Source: Actinomycetes bacterium
Lineage (GTDB): Bacteria; Actinomycetota; UBA4738; HRBIN12
Direction of reading: 5' to 3'
Length of the DNA stretch: 64,000 nucleotides
NCBI GenBank assembly: GCA_031423155.1
Contig: JANPEZ010000033.1
Coordinates: 30,125-94,124, forward strand
Shown: piece by piece, positions 1 through 10,178 of the stretch
How the letters are laid out: each line of letters begins with the position of its first letter
How positions within the stretch are numbered: the stretch's first letter is position 1
Position numbers and translations under genes: made by a program
Notes under the pieces: model-generated
The model's database searches: none
Seen by the model: only the letters and a program-made list of their open reading frames with translations
Told to the model about the DNA's origin: nothing

Positions 1-1882
1 AGCAGTAACTTGCGTGCTCGCCGCGGCCGATGCGGCCTCGGAGCTGATGGAGCTGAGCCAGACCGAATCGCTCGGCATTCTCGACGAGCATGACGGTCGC
101 GTTGGGGATGTCGACGCCCACCTCTATGACCGTGGTCGAGATGAGCACGTGGGTTCGCCCGGAGCGGAAGTCGTCCATGCGAGCTTCCTTCTCGGCCGGT
201 CGCATCCGGCCGTGGAGCAGGTCGACGGCCAGGTCGGGGAAGACCTCGGTCGCGAGGCGCTCGGCCTCGGCTTCGGCGGCCTTGACCTGGGTGCGGTTGG
301 CCTCGTCTATGGCGGCGCAGACGACGAAGGCCTGACGGCCGGCTTCGACCTCTCGGCGGACGAGTGTTTCGGCCGATTCGCGGTCGGCCTGGGTCTTCAC
401 GATGCTCGTCGCGATCGGCTCGCGTCCCTTCGGCATCTCGTCGAGCGTCGCGACATCGAGGTCTCCGTAGTACGTCAGGGCGAGAGTCCTGGGGATCGGA
501 GTGGCGGTCATGATCAGGACGTCCGGTTCGGCGCCCTTGCCCTTGAGTGCCATCCGCTGATGAAGGCCGAACCGATGCTGTTCGTCTATCACGGCCAGGG
601 AAAGATCGTGAAAGGTGACGCCTTCCTGCACGAGGGCATGCGTCCCGACGACGATGTCGACGTCGCCGGCCGAAATGCCTTCGAGGATCTTGGCGCGGTC
701 CTTGCCGGTGACGGCTCCCGTGAGCAACGCGTACGTGACGCCGGCCTCTCGCGGTTCAGCGCTGGGTTCATCGAGCAACGAGATCTGCGCGTCATCGGGC
801 TTGCCAAGTTCCAGGAACGGCACCGCTCCCATGGGACCGAGCAGCGCGGCCATCGACCGGAAGTGCTGGCCCGCAAGGACTTCGGTGGGTGCCATCACGG
901 CGGCCTGGTGTCCGGACTGGACGGCGATCAAAGCGGCGTGTAACGCGATCAGCGTCTTGCCCGAACCGACGTCTCCTTGCAGCAGGACGTTCATCGGGCG
1001 CGGGCGGGACATGGCGTCGCCTATCTCACCCATGGCCCGCGCCTGTGCGGATGTCGGCTCGAAGGGAAGCGTCACCGAGAGCCGCCGCGTGAGCGAACCC
1101 TCGCCCTTGTGGGCGATGCCGGTGGCCTCGGCCTCGACCCTGTGCTTTCGGAACGCCACGCCGAGTTCCAGCGTGAACAGCTCGTCGAACTTGAGCCTCT
1201 CGATGGCGGTCGCCAGCTCTTCGGGGGTCTCGGGAAAGTGGATGCGCCTCAGGGCCTCGTCGTAGGAGCCGAGGCTTTCGGCCTCGATGATCTGCGAAGG
1301 CATCGGGTCCTCTATGACTTCGAGTCCTTCGAGCGCGCGGTATATCAGTTCGCGGATCGTTCTGGTCGTGACGCCCTCGCTCGCGGGGTGGACGGGCGTG
1401 ATCCGGCCGGTGTGGACGGTGTCAGCGTCCTCGCCACGCAGGATCTCGACCTCCTGGTTGGCCAGTTGCAGCCGCCCCTTGTAGAGGTTCGGAACGCCCG
1501 AGACGGCCAGTTCCGTGCCGGGCTTGTACATCGAGGCCGCCCACGGCTGGTTGAAGAACGTCAGGTCCAGATAGCCCGAGCCGTCGTAGAGCGTGACCGT
1601 GACCATCGTCTGATGCCGGCGCGTCTGGCGCTTGAACGCCTTCTTCACGGTCGCGATAACGGTGGCGGGCCTGCCGACCTTGAGCGTTCCGATCGTCTCG
1701 ACGTTCGACCTGTCGATATACCGCCGAGGGTAGTGATCCAGCAGCGCCCTAACGGTCTCTATCTCGAATGCGCTCGCCAGAACATCAGCAGCCGGCGGGC
1801 CTTTCTTGCGCATACCCATCTGGCGCGCGGCGAGCTTGGAGTCGATCTCTTGCAGGGGCGAGTCGAGCGAAAGGGGCGCCAT
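1..1882 (-). CDS. recG: ATP-dependent DNA helicase RecG (3' end cut by window edge)
   Basis: Reverse-strand translation from the ATG at 1882 gives [21 protein letters not shown]... It contains Walker A GDVGSGKT, the DEQHRFG helicase motif and C-terminal [12 protein letters not shown]. Plus-strand ORFs 14..943 and 977..1912 are antisense artefacts of this gene. Confidence 0.85.
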   Translation of the reverse strand, partial: MAPLSLDSPLQEIDSKLAARQMGMRKKGPPAADVLASAFEIETVRALLDHYPRRYIDRSNVETIGTLKVGRPATVIATVKKAFKRQTRRHQTMVTVTLYDGSGYLDLTFFNQPWAASMYKPGTELAVSGVPNLYKGRLQLANQEVEILRGEDADTVHTGRITPVHPASEGVTTRTIRELIYRALEGLEVIEDPMPSQIIEAESLGSYDEALRRIHFPETPEELATAIERLKFDELFTLELGVAFRKHRVEAEATGIAHKGEGSLTRRLSVTLPFEPTSAQARAMGEIGDAMSRPRPMNVLLQGDVGSGKTLIALHAALIAVQSGHQAAVMAPTEVLAGQHFRSMAALLGPMGAVPFLELGKPDDAQISLLDEPSAEPREAGVTYALLTGAVTGKDRAKILEGISAGDVDIVVGTHALVQEGVTFHDLSLAVIDEQHRFGLHQRMALKGKGAEPDVLIMTATPIPRTLALTYYGDLDVATLDEMPKGREPIATSIVKTQADRESAETLVRREVEAGRQAFVVCAAIDEANRTQVKAAEAEAERLATEVFPDLAVDLLHGRMRPAEKEARMDDFRSGRTHVLISTTVIEVGVDIPNATVMLVENAERFGLAQLHQLRGRIGRGEHASYC

Positions 1883-1943
1883 CTCGCACCGGTTCTACCA
1901 CGCGGGCGGTGACACGCAGATCGTTTGCTACCCTTGTCGGTCT

Positions 1944-2138
1944 ATGGCTGCCGTCTGCGAGATCTGCGGGAAGAAACCTTTCTTCGGAAAGAGCGTTTCG
2001 CACTCCCACCACCGGACCAACCGCCGGTTCGATCCGAATATCCAGAAGGTTCGCGCGATGGTGGACGGCTCTCCCGGCCGCCTGCACGTCTGCACCTCCT
2101 GCATCAAGGCCGGCAAGGTCACCCGCATCCCCCGCTGA
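1944..2138 (+). CDS. rpmB: 50S ribosomal protein L28
   Basis: The internal Met of ORF 1806..2138 gives [36 protein letters not shown]..., a typical L28 sequence of 64 aa. Confidence 0.9.
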   Translation: MAAVCEICGKKPFFGKSVSHSHHRTNRRFDPNIQKVRAMVDGSPGRLHVCTSCIKAGKVTRIPR

Positions 2139-2144
2139 GGCGGC

Positions 2145-2930
2145 TCAGGCCTTCGGCTTCGGCACACTCCAGATCTGATCTACCGGTCCTATGCCTTTGC
2201 CCACGTCAAGAGCGCCCCGGATAGCGTTGGTCACGAAGTCCTTCCCTCGACGAACCGCGGTCTCAAGATCCAACCCGATCGCGAGATAGGCCGCGATGGC
2301 CGCACTCAGAGTGCAGCCAGTGCCGTGGGTGTTGGGCGTATCGATCCTGTCCGTCACCAGCCAGTGCACCTCGTCCCCGAGAAGAAGAAGATCTGCCGCT
2401 TCTCCCTCGAGATGCCCACCCTTCACGAGAACGCCGCGCGGCCCTAGCGCCCGGATGGCTTCAGCAGCCTTCCTCATGTCTTTGCGCCCCTGCACCTCGA
2501 ACCCCGCGAGACCGCTGGCTTCGTGAAGGTTCGGCGTGACCAAAGTGGCCAGGGGCAAGATCAAAGACATGAGTGAGTCCACAGCGTCTGCCGCCAGGAG
2601 TCTGTGGCCGTGTTTAGAGACGAAGACGGGATCAACGACGAGGTTGCGGATGCCGGTGTCTTCGATGGCGCCGGCCACGGCTTCGATGATCTGCGCGTTC
2701 GCGAGCATGCCCGTCTTTGCCGCGTCCACGCCGATATCTGTTGCGACCGCTCTGATCTGATCGCCCACCAGCTCCGGCGACAGCGCCTCGTATCCGCTGA
2801 CCCTGAGAGTGTTCTGCACGGTGACCGCGGTTAGCGCCGTCATGCCGAAAACCCCGAGCGCGCTGAACGTCTTGAGATCGGCCTGGATGCCTGCGCCGCC
2901 GCCCGAGTCGCTCCCGGCGATCGTCAGCAC
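2145..2930 (-). CDS. thiD: hydroxymethylpyrimidine/phosphomethylpyrimidine kinase ThiD
   Basis: [21 protein letters not shown]... then [12 protein letters not shown] and [14 protein letters not shown] motifs of the PfkB-like HMP-P kinase family. The GTG start is chosen to avoid overlap with thiL; the longest ORF reaches 3002. Confidence 0.8.
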   Translation of the reverse strand: MLTIAGSDSGGGAGIQADLKTFSALGVFGMTALTAVTVQNTLRVSGYEALSPELVGDQIRAVATDIGVDAAKTGMLANAQIIEAVAGAIEDTGIRNLVVDPVFVSKHGHRLLAADAVDSLMSLILPLATLVTPNLHEASGLAGFEVQGRKDMRKAAEAIRALGPRGVLVKGGHLEGEAADLLLLGDEVHWLVTDRIDTPNTHGTGCTLSAAIAAYLAIGLDLETAVRRGKDFVTNAIRGALDVGKGIGPVDQIWSVPKPKA

Positions 2931-2946
2931 CCGAGGCCGAGGCGGT

Positions 2947-3921
2947 CTATCGCCCACCGAAGTGATCCCACCCCTCAGGTGCAAGAGGAGCAAGAGACCC
3001 ACTCATGTCTTGGATCTTCAAGCCCTCGGCCTCGATGGTTCCGATAGCCGTAACGGCCGCCCCGAACGTTTCACGGAGCTCGACCTTTACCGCCTCAAAG
3101 GCAACGACATGAGGGAGGGTCACGAGCAACTCGTAGTCCTCTCCCCCCGAGAGCGCATCCGCGAACGAAGCGCCATCAGCCACCGGAATGTCTACCGACC
3201 GGAGAGTCACCCCCACCCGGCTCGCTCTACACATGCGCGACAGATCCAGAGCCAGCCCGTCGGAGATGTCCATCATCGCGGTGGCACCGTGCCGCGCCAG
3301 AACCCCCGCCTCCCCCACCCGCGCGACCGGTCGGAAGTGCGCCCGCAGAAGCGCGCGGTCGGTATCGCTCGACGGCGCGCGCCCCTCGCGCGCCAGCCGC
3401 AGACCCGCCGCGGACGCCCCGAGCTCGCCGGTCACCACGACCACGTCGCCGACCCGCGCGCCCGACCGCAGCACCGCGCGCCCGGGCGCGACTTCACCCG
3501 TGGCGGTCACCGAGACGGAGATCTTCGACCCGGACGACAGGTCCCCCCCGACGAGCCAGAGGGCGTACTCGTCGCAGGCTTCACGCATCCCGCCGAACAG
3601 TTCCATCACCCAGGACTCCTCGACAGAGGGAGGCAGGACCAGGGTCACCAAGGCCGCCCGGGGGCTTGCCGCCATGGCTGCCAGGTCCGAGACGTTTACG
3701 GTGATCGCCTTGTACCCCAGGTCGCGCGCCGACGTCAGCGACAGATCGAAATGGACCCCCTCGACGAGGACATCTGCGGTCAATACCTGCTCGCCGGAGG
3801 CCGCCGCCAGCACTGCCGCATCGTCTCCCGGACCCACGACGACCTCGGGCCCGGCGCCCGAGAGCACCTTGCGGATCGCCGCCAGCAGCTCGTCCTCTGA
3901 GGTCCTCATCCTTTTGTCCAT
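2947..3921 (-). CDS. thiL: thiamine-monophosphate kinase ThiL
   Basis: [13 protein letters not shown]...DDAAVL...GGDLSSG...[12 protein letters not shown], an AIR-synthase-related fold. Start could be M18 or M22 of ORF 2947..3972. Confidence 0.8.
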   Translation of the reverse strand: MDKRMRTSEDELLAAIRKVLSGAGPEVVVGPGDDAAVLAAASGEQVLTADVLVEGVHFDLSLTSARDLGYKAITVNVSDLAAMAASPRAALVTLVLPPSVEESWVMELFGGMREACDEYALWLVGGDLSSGSKISVSVTATGEVAPGRAVLRSGARVGDVVVVTGELGASAAGLRLAREGRAPSSDTDRALLRAHFRPVARVGEAGVLARHGATAMMDISDGLALDLSRMCRASRVGVTLRSVDIPVADGASFADALSGGEDYELLVTLPHVVAFEAVKVELRETFGAAVTAIGTIEAEGLKIQDMSGSLAPLAPEGWDHFGGR

Positions 3922-4065
3922 CCCGTACGGTCCGTGCCTCGACTTGCGTTCGAGAAGCACGAAAGGTGACACTCACCGATTTCGCTAGACTCTAGGCGCT
4001 CCAGCACGTGCAACGTCCGCGAGCGCGAACCCCTGACGAACGTACCCCGCATAGGAGGACACACG

Positions 4066-5565
4066 TTGCCCGAGGTCCACGTCAATCCCACCCCCGAAGA
4101 GCTGAGGAAGTTCACCGAGGCGATGCCCCAGACCCGCATCTCCGGCTTCGGAAACACCAACACCCAGACGAAGGTCCTCTCCCGCAGCGCCGCCAGCACC
4201 CATGTGGTCGGCGGGCCCTCCAGTGGCAAGGTCATGACGCGCGAGGAGTTCGACCGCATCGCCGCCCTTCAGGACGCATTCATCGCCGAGCAGGACATGA
4301 TCGTGATCGACGGCTACATCGGCAACGCCCCGAACATGCGCACGGCGGCACGCCTGACCATCGAGAAGGCCAACGCCAACATCGCCGGCATGCAGCAGAA
4401 GCTCTACTTCGAGCGCAGCGACGGTGCCGCGCCCACCGTCCACGTCATCTACACCCCGAACCTGCCCGCCGAGGGCTACCCGGACGACCGACTCATAGCC
4501 GTCGACCTGGAGAACAACGTGACCCGCGTCCTCAACTCCGACTACTTCGGTGAGTCGAAGAAGGGCGGCCTGCGGATGTGGAACAACATCGTCTACGACA
4601 AGGGCGGGCTAGCTCTGCACGCCGGCCTCAAGGTCATCCCGACGGCCGACGGTGACAAGGTCTTCATGATCATCGGCCTGTCGGGCACCGGCAAGACGAC
4701 CACCACCTTCACGACCCAGAACGGCTCCAAGCCGATCCAGGACGACTTCGTCGGACTGATGCCGGGCGGTCACGCCTTCGGCACCGAGAACGGCTGCTTC
4801 GCAAAGACCTTCGCGCTCAACCCCGACTTCGAGCCCTCGATCCACGGCGCCGTCGTGAAGCCGACCACCTACCTGGAGAACGTTTACCAGGACGACACCG
4901 GCACGGTCAACTTCAACAACGAGAACTACACCCAGAACGGGCGCGCCGTCTTCGAGATGAGCGACCTGCTCTCCTTCGAGGACGCCCAGAACGTGGGAAC
5001 GGTGGACTACCTGCTGATACTCAACCGAAATGAGAACATCATCCCGGGCGTCGCCAAACTGAACCAGGAGCAGGCAGCGGCCTACTTCATGCTCGGCGAG
5101 ACGACCGGGACGTCCGCGGGCGGCGCGAGCGAGGCGGGTAAGTTTCTGCGGGTTCCTGGCACCAACCCGTTCTTCCCTCTCCCACATGGCTTGCAGGGCA
5201 ACAGGATGCTCGAACTGCTGGCATCGCACCCGATCGAGACGTACCTGCTCAACACCGGGCGCGTCGGGGGCAAGGACGGCGACGATCGCTCCAAGAAGGT
5301 CAAGATCCCGCACACGTCCGCTTGCGTGAAGGGCATCGCCGAGCAGACCATCGTCTTCGAAGAGGACCCCGACTTCGGCTACCAGGTGGCGTCGAGCGTC
5401 CCGGACTTCGACGACGCCGAGCTGCTCCAGCCCCGCAAGCTCTACGAACGCCAGGGTCGCGGCGAGGAGTACGCCCAGATCGTCGAGCGACTTAAGGGCG
5501 AGCGCGTCGAACGCCTCCAGGAGTTCCCCGAGCTCTCAGAGGAGATCATCAAGGCCGTCGGCTAA
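4066..5565 (+). CDS. pckA: phosphoenolpyruvate carboxykinase (ATP-dependent)
   Basis: 499 aa with the kinase-1a motif GLSGTGKTT and overall PEPCK-ATP architecture. TTG start with an AGGAGG SD 7 nt upstream. Confidence 0.85.
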   Translation: MPEVHVNPTPEELRKFTEAMPQTRISGFGNTNTQTKVLSRSAASTHVVGGPSSGKVMTREEFDRIAALQDAFIAEQDMIVIDGYIGNAPNMRTAARLTIEKANANIAGMQQKLYFERSDGAAPTVHVIYTPNLPAEGYPDDRLIAVDLENNVTRVLNSDYFGESKKGGLRMWNNIVYDKGGLALHAGLKVIPTADGDKVFMIIGLSGTGKTTTTFTTQNGSKPIQDDFVGLMPGGHAFGTENGCFAKTFALNPDFEPSIHGAVVKPTTYLENVYQDDTGTVNFNNENYTQNGRAVFEMSDLLSFEDAQNVGTVDYLLILNRNENIIPGVAKLNQEQAAAYFMLGETTGTSAGGASEAGKFLRVPGTNPFFPLPHGLQGNRMLELLASHPIETYLLNTGRVGGKDGDDRSKKVKIPHTSACVKGIAEQTIVFEEDPDFGYQVASSVPDFDDAELLQPRKLYERQGRGEEYAQIVERLKGERVERLQEFPELSEEIIKAVG

Positions 5566-5879
5566 GCCTTCGGGGTTCGCTTGCCGAGGAACTGGCTGCC
5601 GATCAACTGCATGGCCAACAGTACGCCGAGGAGCACTGCGACCCAGCGGACCTGAGCGGTTCCTGCGATGAGTGATGGATCTCCCGAGTTCGCCGCGCCG
5701 TAGAGCGCGAACATCCCTGCGAACGCGAACCAGGTCCCGATGCGACCGGTGAGGTAGACGGCGTACAGGAGGTGATCGGCGACGTCGGTGGAGTCGAACG
5801 GGCGGCGGATCCAGTAAGCAAGGGACCTGACGCCGAGCGCCGCGAACACGGCGGCCAGGACGAACTCGAATACCCTCAC
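5562..5879 (-). CDS. small integral membrane protein (3 predicted TM helices), hypothetical
   Basis: 105 aa, hydrophobic. Its start overlaps the stop of the upstream PRTase gene by 4 nt, suggesting co-transcription. Confidence 0.45.
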   Translation of the reverse strand: MRVFEFVLAAVFAALGVRSLAYWIRRPFDSTDVADHLLYAVYLTGRIGTWFAFAGMFALYGAANSGDPSLIAGTAQVRWVAVLLGVLLAMQLIGSQFLGKRTPKA

Positions 5880-6565
5880 TTCAACCCCTTCTCGGCGCGC
5901 GCGAGCGCCGCGACCACTTCCTCATCCGATGTCTGGCCGAACACTTCGTAGAACTCTCCCACGGAGTGGAAGGCAGAGGGCGTGTCCAGCACGACGACCT
6001 CGTCTGCCTCGCGTGTGAGCCGGGCGACGGACTGTCCGGCGGCAACCGGTACCGCGACGATGACCGTCGCCGCACCCCGGCCCCTGACCCACCTGACCGC
6101 CGCCACCGCGGTGGCTCCGGTAGCGATTCCGTCATCCACGACGACGACCGTGCGGCCATTCAGGGTCGGCTGAGGCCTCGCGCCCCTGAACGCCAGCGCG
6201 CGCCTGGTCATCTCCTCCTCCTGGGCCGCGACCTCGCTCTCGAGGTAGTCGCGCGTAACGTCGAGAACGTCTATCAACATCTCGTCCCAGACCTGAACGC
6301 CCGGGGCTACGGCGCCTATGGCGAGTTCTGCGTTGCCGGGGGCTCCGATCTTGCGCGGCACGACGATGTCGAGGCCGGCTCCGATAGCGGCCGCTACTTC
6401 CTCGGCCACCACGACCCCTCCTCGGGGTATCCCCAAGACGATGACGTCGCCGCTCAGGCGGCCGGCCAGGGCCGCCCCCAATCGCTTGCCGGCATCCCTC
6501 CTGTCCTTGAACATCTCCTCGATGATGGCACCGCGTTGGCCCTGGAGCGCGGTCGGGGCTAGCAT
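5876..6565 (-). CDS. phosphoribosyltransferase-domain protein (type I PRTase fold with C-terminal extension)
   Basis: Internal Met MLAPTALQ... then VVVVDDGIATGATAVAA, the PRPP-binding motif. The longer ORF to 6850 is rejected because it runs antisense through the Lrp-like gene. Confidence 0.7.
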   Translation of the reverse strand: MLAPTALQGQRGAIIEEMFKDRRDAGKRLGAALAGRLSGDVIVLGIPRGGVVVAEEVAAAIGAGLDIVVPRKIGAPGNAELAIGAVAPGVQVWDEMLIDVLDVTRDYLESEVAAQEEEMTRRALAFRGARPQPTLNGRTVVVVDDGIATGATAVAAVRWVRGRGAATVIVAVPVAAGQSVARLTREADEVVVLDTPSAFHSVGEFYEVFGQTSDEEVVAALARAEKGLK

Positions 6566-6592
6566 GGCCTCCCCAGAGCAGGAGGTCGCCGA

Positions 6593-6826
6593 GTGGTACA
6601 GGCTTACATCCTCATCCAGACCGAAGTCGGCAAGGCCGCTCAGGTGGCCAAGTCGGTGCGGGAGATATCCGGCGTCACCGAGGCCGAGGACGTAACGGGG
6701 CCGTACGACGTGATCGTGCGGGCCGAAGCCAAAACGGTGGATGAGCTGGGCAAGCTGGTCGTCGCGAGGATCCAGTCGGTCGAGGGGATCACGCGGACGC
6801 TGACCTGCCCGGTCGTTCACCTCTAG
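6593..6826 (+). CDS. stand-alone Lrp/AsnC-type C-terminal (RAM) regulatory-domain protein
   Basis: 77 aa, MVQAYILIQTEVGKAAQVAKSVREISGVTEAEDVTGPYDVIVRAEAKTVDELGKLV... GTG start with a GGAGG SD 7 nt upstream. Confidence 0.75.
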   Translation: MVQAYILIQTEVGKAAQVAKSVREISGVTEAEDVTGPYDVIVRAEAKTVDELGKLVVARIQSVEGITRTLTCPVVHL

Positions 6827-6886
6827 ATGCGCAGGTAGTTGACGGTTCAAGCCGCAAGCTCGCCGACGCCCTTATCCTGTGCATCG

Positions 6887-9800
6887 ATGAGGAGTGGATG
6901 GTCCAAGGCGCGCTTCGCGAAGGTCATGTCGGCCTGTGCTCTGATGCTGCCCCTCTTCGCACTGGACCTCGCCCCGGCCGGCGCGGCCTTCCCCGGCGTG
7001 AACGGCAAGATCGCGTTCGCCAACTCGGGGATCGGCACGGTCAACCCCAGCGGCGCCGGAGTCCAGGACCTGACGCCCACGGCCGGTGACCGCACTCCAT
7101 CATGGTCGGCCGATGGATCCCAGATCGCCTTCGAAAGCGGCGGCGACATCTGGGTGATGAACGCCGACGGCTCCTCCGCTATCGCCCTCACCAGCGACCC
7201 CGGAACGGATACAGCCCCGAGTTGGTCGTCCGATGGCACTCAGATCGCTTTCCAGACGGACCGAGACGGCAACGCCGAGATCTACGTCATGGACTCGGCC
7301 GGCGGTTCGCAGACGAACATCAGCTCGAACGCGGCGAGCGACACCACTCCGGCCTGGTCACCAGATGGAACTAAGATCGCGTTCGTCTCCGACAGAGACG
7401 CGAACGCGGAGGTCTACGTGATGGATGCCTCCGGCGCGTCGCCGGTGAACCTCACGTCCGATGCCGGGGAGGACAAGAACCCGAACTGGTCCCCCGACGG
7501 AACCAAGATCGCCTTCCAGTCCGATCGCACGGGGGACAATGAGGTGTTCTCGATGGGATCGGACGGTTCGGCTCAGGCCAACCTGACGAGCAGCGCCGGA
7601 ACCGCCGACTCCAACCCGGCCTGGTCCCCCGACGGGACGATGATCGCCTTCATCAGAGACCTTCAGCTGTTCACTATGGACTCCGCCGGGGCCGGTGGCG
7701 CAGCACTCATCGCGGACGCCGACACGCGCTCGGCTCCCGACTGGCAGCCCCTGACCTGCACGATTACCGGGAGCACCGGGGACGACAGCCTGAGCGGAAC
7801 GACGGGCGATGATGTGATCTGTGCCGACGCCGGGAACGATTCGATCGGCGACCTTGGGACGGGGATCGACACCGTGATCGGGGGCGACGGAACCGACACC
7901 GTCGATTTCACCTCGGCCTCGGCCGGAGTGACGGCCGACCTCTTCGACGAGTCGGCCACGGCCGACGGAGCGGCGACCCTGCGCGAGATAGAGAACCTCA
8001 CGGGTTCCCCGAGCGCCGACACCCTCATGGGAGATGCCGGCGCGAACTTGCTGGTCGGCTCGGGTGGGGACGACACCCTCACCGGTCGCGCCGGATCCGA
8101 CACGGCCGGCTATGCGAGTGCGCCGGGGCCCGTCGCGGTCGACCTTGCCGCCGGAACGGCCACGGGTGATGGAACCGACACCCTTGCCGGCACGGACGAC
8201 GTGATCGGCTCGGCGTTCGCAGATACGGTCGGAGGGAACTCGGGCGACAACTCCCTGATCGGAGGTGGTGGGAGCGACACGGTCTCCTTCGCCTCGTCCG
8301 CAGCGGGCGTTACGGCCGATCTCGCTACGGACACGGCCACGGGCGACGGGACCGACACGATCTCAGGGTTCGAGAACATCGCGGGGTCTCCCTCGGCGGA
8401 TTCGCTGACAGGAGGAAGCGGCGCGAACACCCTCACCGGCGACATGGGCTTCGACACTCTGGCGGGCGGCGGAGGAGATGACGTCATCAACGGCGGGCCG
8501 GGCACGGACACGCTCAGCTTCGCCGCCTCCCCAGCGGCGGTCACTGTCGACCTCGCCGCAGGAACGGCAACGGGCGAGGGCTCGGACACCCTCGCAACGA
8601 TGGAGAATGTGATCGGTTCTCCTCTGGACGATGTGATCGGCGGCAGCTCCCTGGACAACTCGTTCGATGGAGGCGCGGGCAGCGACACCGTGACCTTCGC
8701 CTCCTCCGCAGGCCCAGTCACGGCCGACATCGGAGCGGACACCGCTACCGGAGACGGGACCGACACGTTCGCCGGCATCGAGAACGTGACCGGCTCGGCG
8801 TTCGCCGATAGCCTCGCAGGCGACGCCACGGACAACGTCCTGGACGGTGGCGCTGGAGACGACTCGCTGAACGGTGGCGCCGGAGCCGACGGGATCACGT
8901 TCGCCGCTGCGCCGGCAGGCGTGAACGTGAACCTGCAGCTGGGGACCTCGACCGGCCACGGGAGCGACACGTTCGCCGGCATCGAGAACGTGACCGGCTC
9001 CGCATTCGCCGACCAGATCTCGGCGGTGGCTCACGGGAACGGTCGGCTGATCTTCGACAAGGGACCGGGGTCGGTGCTGGACATCTTCACCGTCGACCCG
9101 GCGGGTACCGGGATCGATCACGTCGTTGACAATCCCAACGACGACTACGACGCGGCCTGGTCGCCGTCGGGGTCTCGTTTCGTCTTCTCCTCCAACCGTG
9201 CGAACAACTACGAGTTGTACAGCGCGGCGGCGGGCGGCGGAACGCTCAAGCGCCTGACGAGCAACAGGGCCTTCGACGGCATGGCCTCCTACTCGCCTGA
9301 CGGAAAGCGCATCACGTTCGTCAGCAGCCGCGACGGCAACTACGAGATCTACACGATGAACATCGACGGATCGGGGCTGGATCGCCTGACCAAGAACCCG
9401 GCCGATGATTTCTACCCCTCGTTCTCACCGGACGGGACGCGCCTCGTCTTCCAGAGCGACCGCTCGGGCAACCCCGAGATCCACTCGATGAACGTCGACG
9501 GCACCGGCTTGAAGCGCCTGACCGACACCTCCGCGCCCAACCTGGAGCCGAACTGGTCGCCGGCCGGTGATCGGATCGTCTTCATGAGGACCATCGGGGG
9601 CCACCAGGAGATCTTCACGATGAGCGCGACCGGTGGCCTGCAGACCAGGCTGACGTTCAACAGCGCCGAGGACTTCGACCCTGCCTACTCCCCCGACGGC
9701 TCGCGGATCGCCTTCTCCTCGGACCGCGCGGGCAGTTACGACATCTACACGATGGCCGCCGATGGCTCCGACGTGGTTCAGGTGACCTCGACGCCCGGTC

Positions 9801-10177
9801 TGGAGGAGTACCCGAACTGGCAGTGGGTCTGCGCCATCGTCGGCGCGAGCGTCTCGAATTGCGGCGACGCGGTAGACAACGTCATCGAGGGCGGGGACGG
9901 CGCGGATGTGATCTTCGCCGGACGCGGGAACGACGTCGTGCACGGTGGACTTGGGGGCGACGTGATCTTGGGCGGTGGAGGCTCGGACCTGCTCTTCGGA
10001 GACGACGGAGCCGACCGGCTCCAGGCCGGACCGGGTGCGGGAGCCGATGTCTTGAAGGGCCTGGCCGGCGCCGACTTCCTGTTCGCCAAGGACGGAAAGG
10101 GCGACGACACCCTCGCCGGCGGCGCGGACTCCGACGGCTGCCAGGCCGACAGGAACGACACCTCGACCAGCTGCTAG
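6887..10177 (+). CDS. exported giant protein with two TolB-type PD40 beta-propeller domains and tandem RTX-like hemolysin-type Ca2+-binding modules
   Basis: Signal-peptide-like N-terminus MRSGWSKARFAKVMSACALMLPLFALDLAPAGAA. Seven or more PD40 repeats (SWSADGSQIAF, AWSPDGTKIAF...). Six 58-75-aa modules with GGxGxD nonapeptides. A second PD40 propeller, then a C-terminal Cys-bounded Ca-binding segment. Confidence 0.8.
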   Translation: MRSGWSKARFAKVMSACALMLPLFALDLAPAGAAFPGVNGKIAFANSGIGTVNPSGAGVQDLTPTAGDRTPSWSADGSQIAFESGGDIWVMNADGSSAIALTSDPGTDTAPSWSSDGTQIAFQTDRDGNAEIYVMDSAGGSQTNISSNAASDTTPAWSPDGTKIAFVSDRDANAEVYVMDASGASPVNLTSDAGEDKNPNWSPDGTKIAFQSDRTGDNEVFSMGSDGSAQANLTSSAGTADSNPAWSPDGTMIAFIRDLQLFTMDSAGAGGAALIADADTRSAPDWQPLTCTITGSTGDDSLSGTTGDDVICADAGNDSIGDLGTGIDTVIGGDGTDTVDFTSASAGVTADLFDESATADGAATLREIENLTGSPSADTLMGDAGANLLVGSGGDDTLTGRAGSDTAGYASAPGPVAVDLAAGTATGDGTDTLAGTDDVIGSAFADTVGGNSGDNSLIGGGGSDTVSFASSAAGVTADLATDTATGDGTDTISGFENIAGSPSADSLTGGSGANTLTGDMGFDTLAGGGGDDVINGGPGTDTLSFAASPAAVTVDLAAGTATGEGSDTLATMENVIGSPLDDVIGGSSLDNSFDGGAGSDTVTFASSAGPVTADIGADTATGDGTDTFAGIENVTGSAFADSLAGDATDNVLDGGAGDDSLNGGAGADGITFAAAPAGVNVNLQLGTSTGHGSDTFAGIENVTGSAFADQISAVAHGNGRLIFDKGPGSVLDIFTVDPAGTGIDHVVDNPNDDYDAAWSPSGSRFVFSSNRANNYELYSAAAGGGTLKRLTSNRAFDGMASYSPDGKRITFVSSRDGNYEIYTMNIDGSGLDRLTKNPADDFYPSFSPDGTRLVFQSDRSGNPEIHSMNVDGTGLKRLTDTSAPNLEPNWSPAGDRIVFMRTIGGHQEIFTMSATGGLQTRLTFNSAEDFDPAYSPDGSRIAFSSDRAGSYDIYTMAADGSDVVQVTSTPGLEEYPNWQWVCAIVGASVSNCGDAVDNVIEGGDGADVIFAGRGNDVVHGGLGGDVILGGGGSDLLFGDDGADRLQAGPGAGADVLKGLAGADFLFAKDGKGDDTLAGGADSDGCQADRNDTSTSC
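7897..9020 (+). repeat. intragenic tandem repeats (6 modules of about 175-225 nt) encoding the Ca2+-binding modules
   Basis: Near-identical about 50-nt stretches, e.g. gacacgttcgccggcatcgagaacgtgaccggctc at about 8760 and again at about 8965. Protein-level motif DTxxFxSxxxGVTADLxxDTATGDGTDTxxGIENVTGSxxADxLxG. Confidence 0.8.
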
Positions 10178-10178
10178 C

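Noticed and set aside
14-1912. Plus-strand ORFs 14..943, 615..1265 and 977..1912 (216-311 aa)
   Set aside because: Antisense to recG, whose reverse-strand translation shows full helicase motifs. The plus-strand products are Arg/Gly/Ala-rich with no motifs, the usual high-GC antisense artefacts.
3922-4065. TPP riboswitch upstream of the thiL-thiD operon
   Set aside because: No CTGAGA or ACCTGATCTGGATAATGCCAGCGTAGGGA-like conserved elements were seen on the relevant strand.
7897-9020. Possible CRISPR array suggested by periodic near-identical about 50-nt repeats
   Set aside because: The repeats are in frame within a long CDS and encode Ca2+-binding modules. Spacing is irregular (175-225 nt) and there are no cas genes.
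8110-9121. Long minus-strand ORFs (290 and 252 aa) across the RTX repeat region
   Set aside because: Antisense of GGxGxD repeat DNA, which always yields open frames rich in P/S/A. No start context or motifs.
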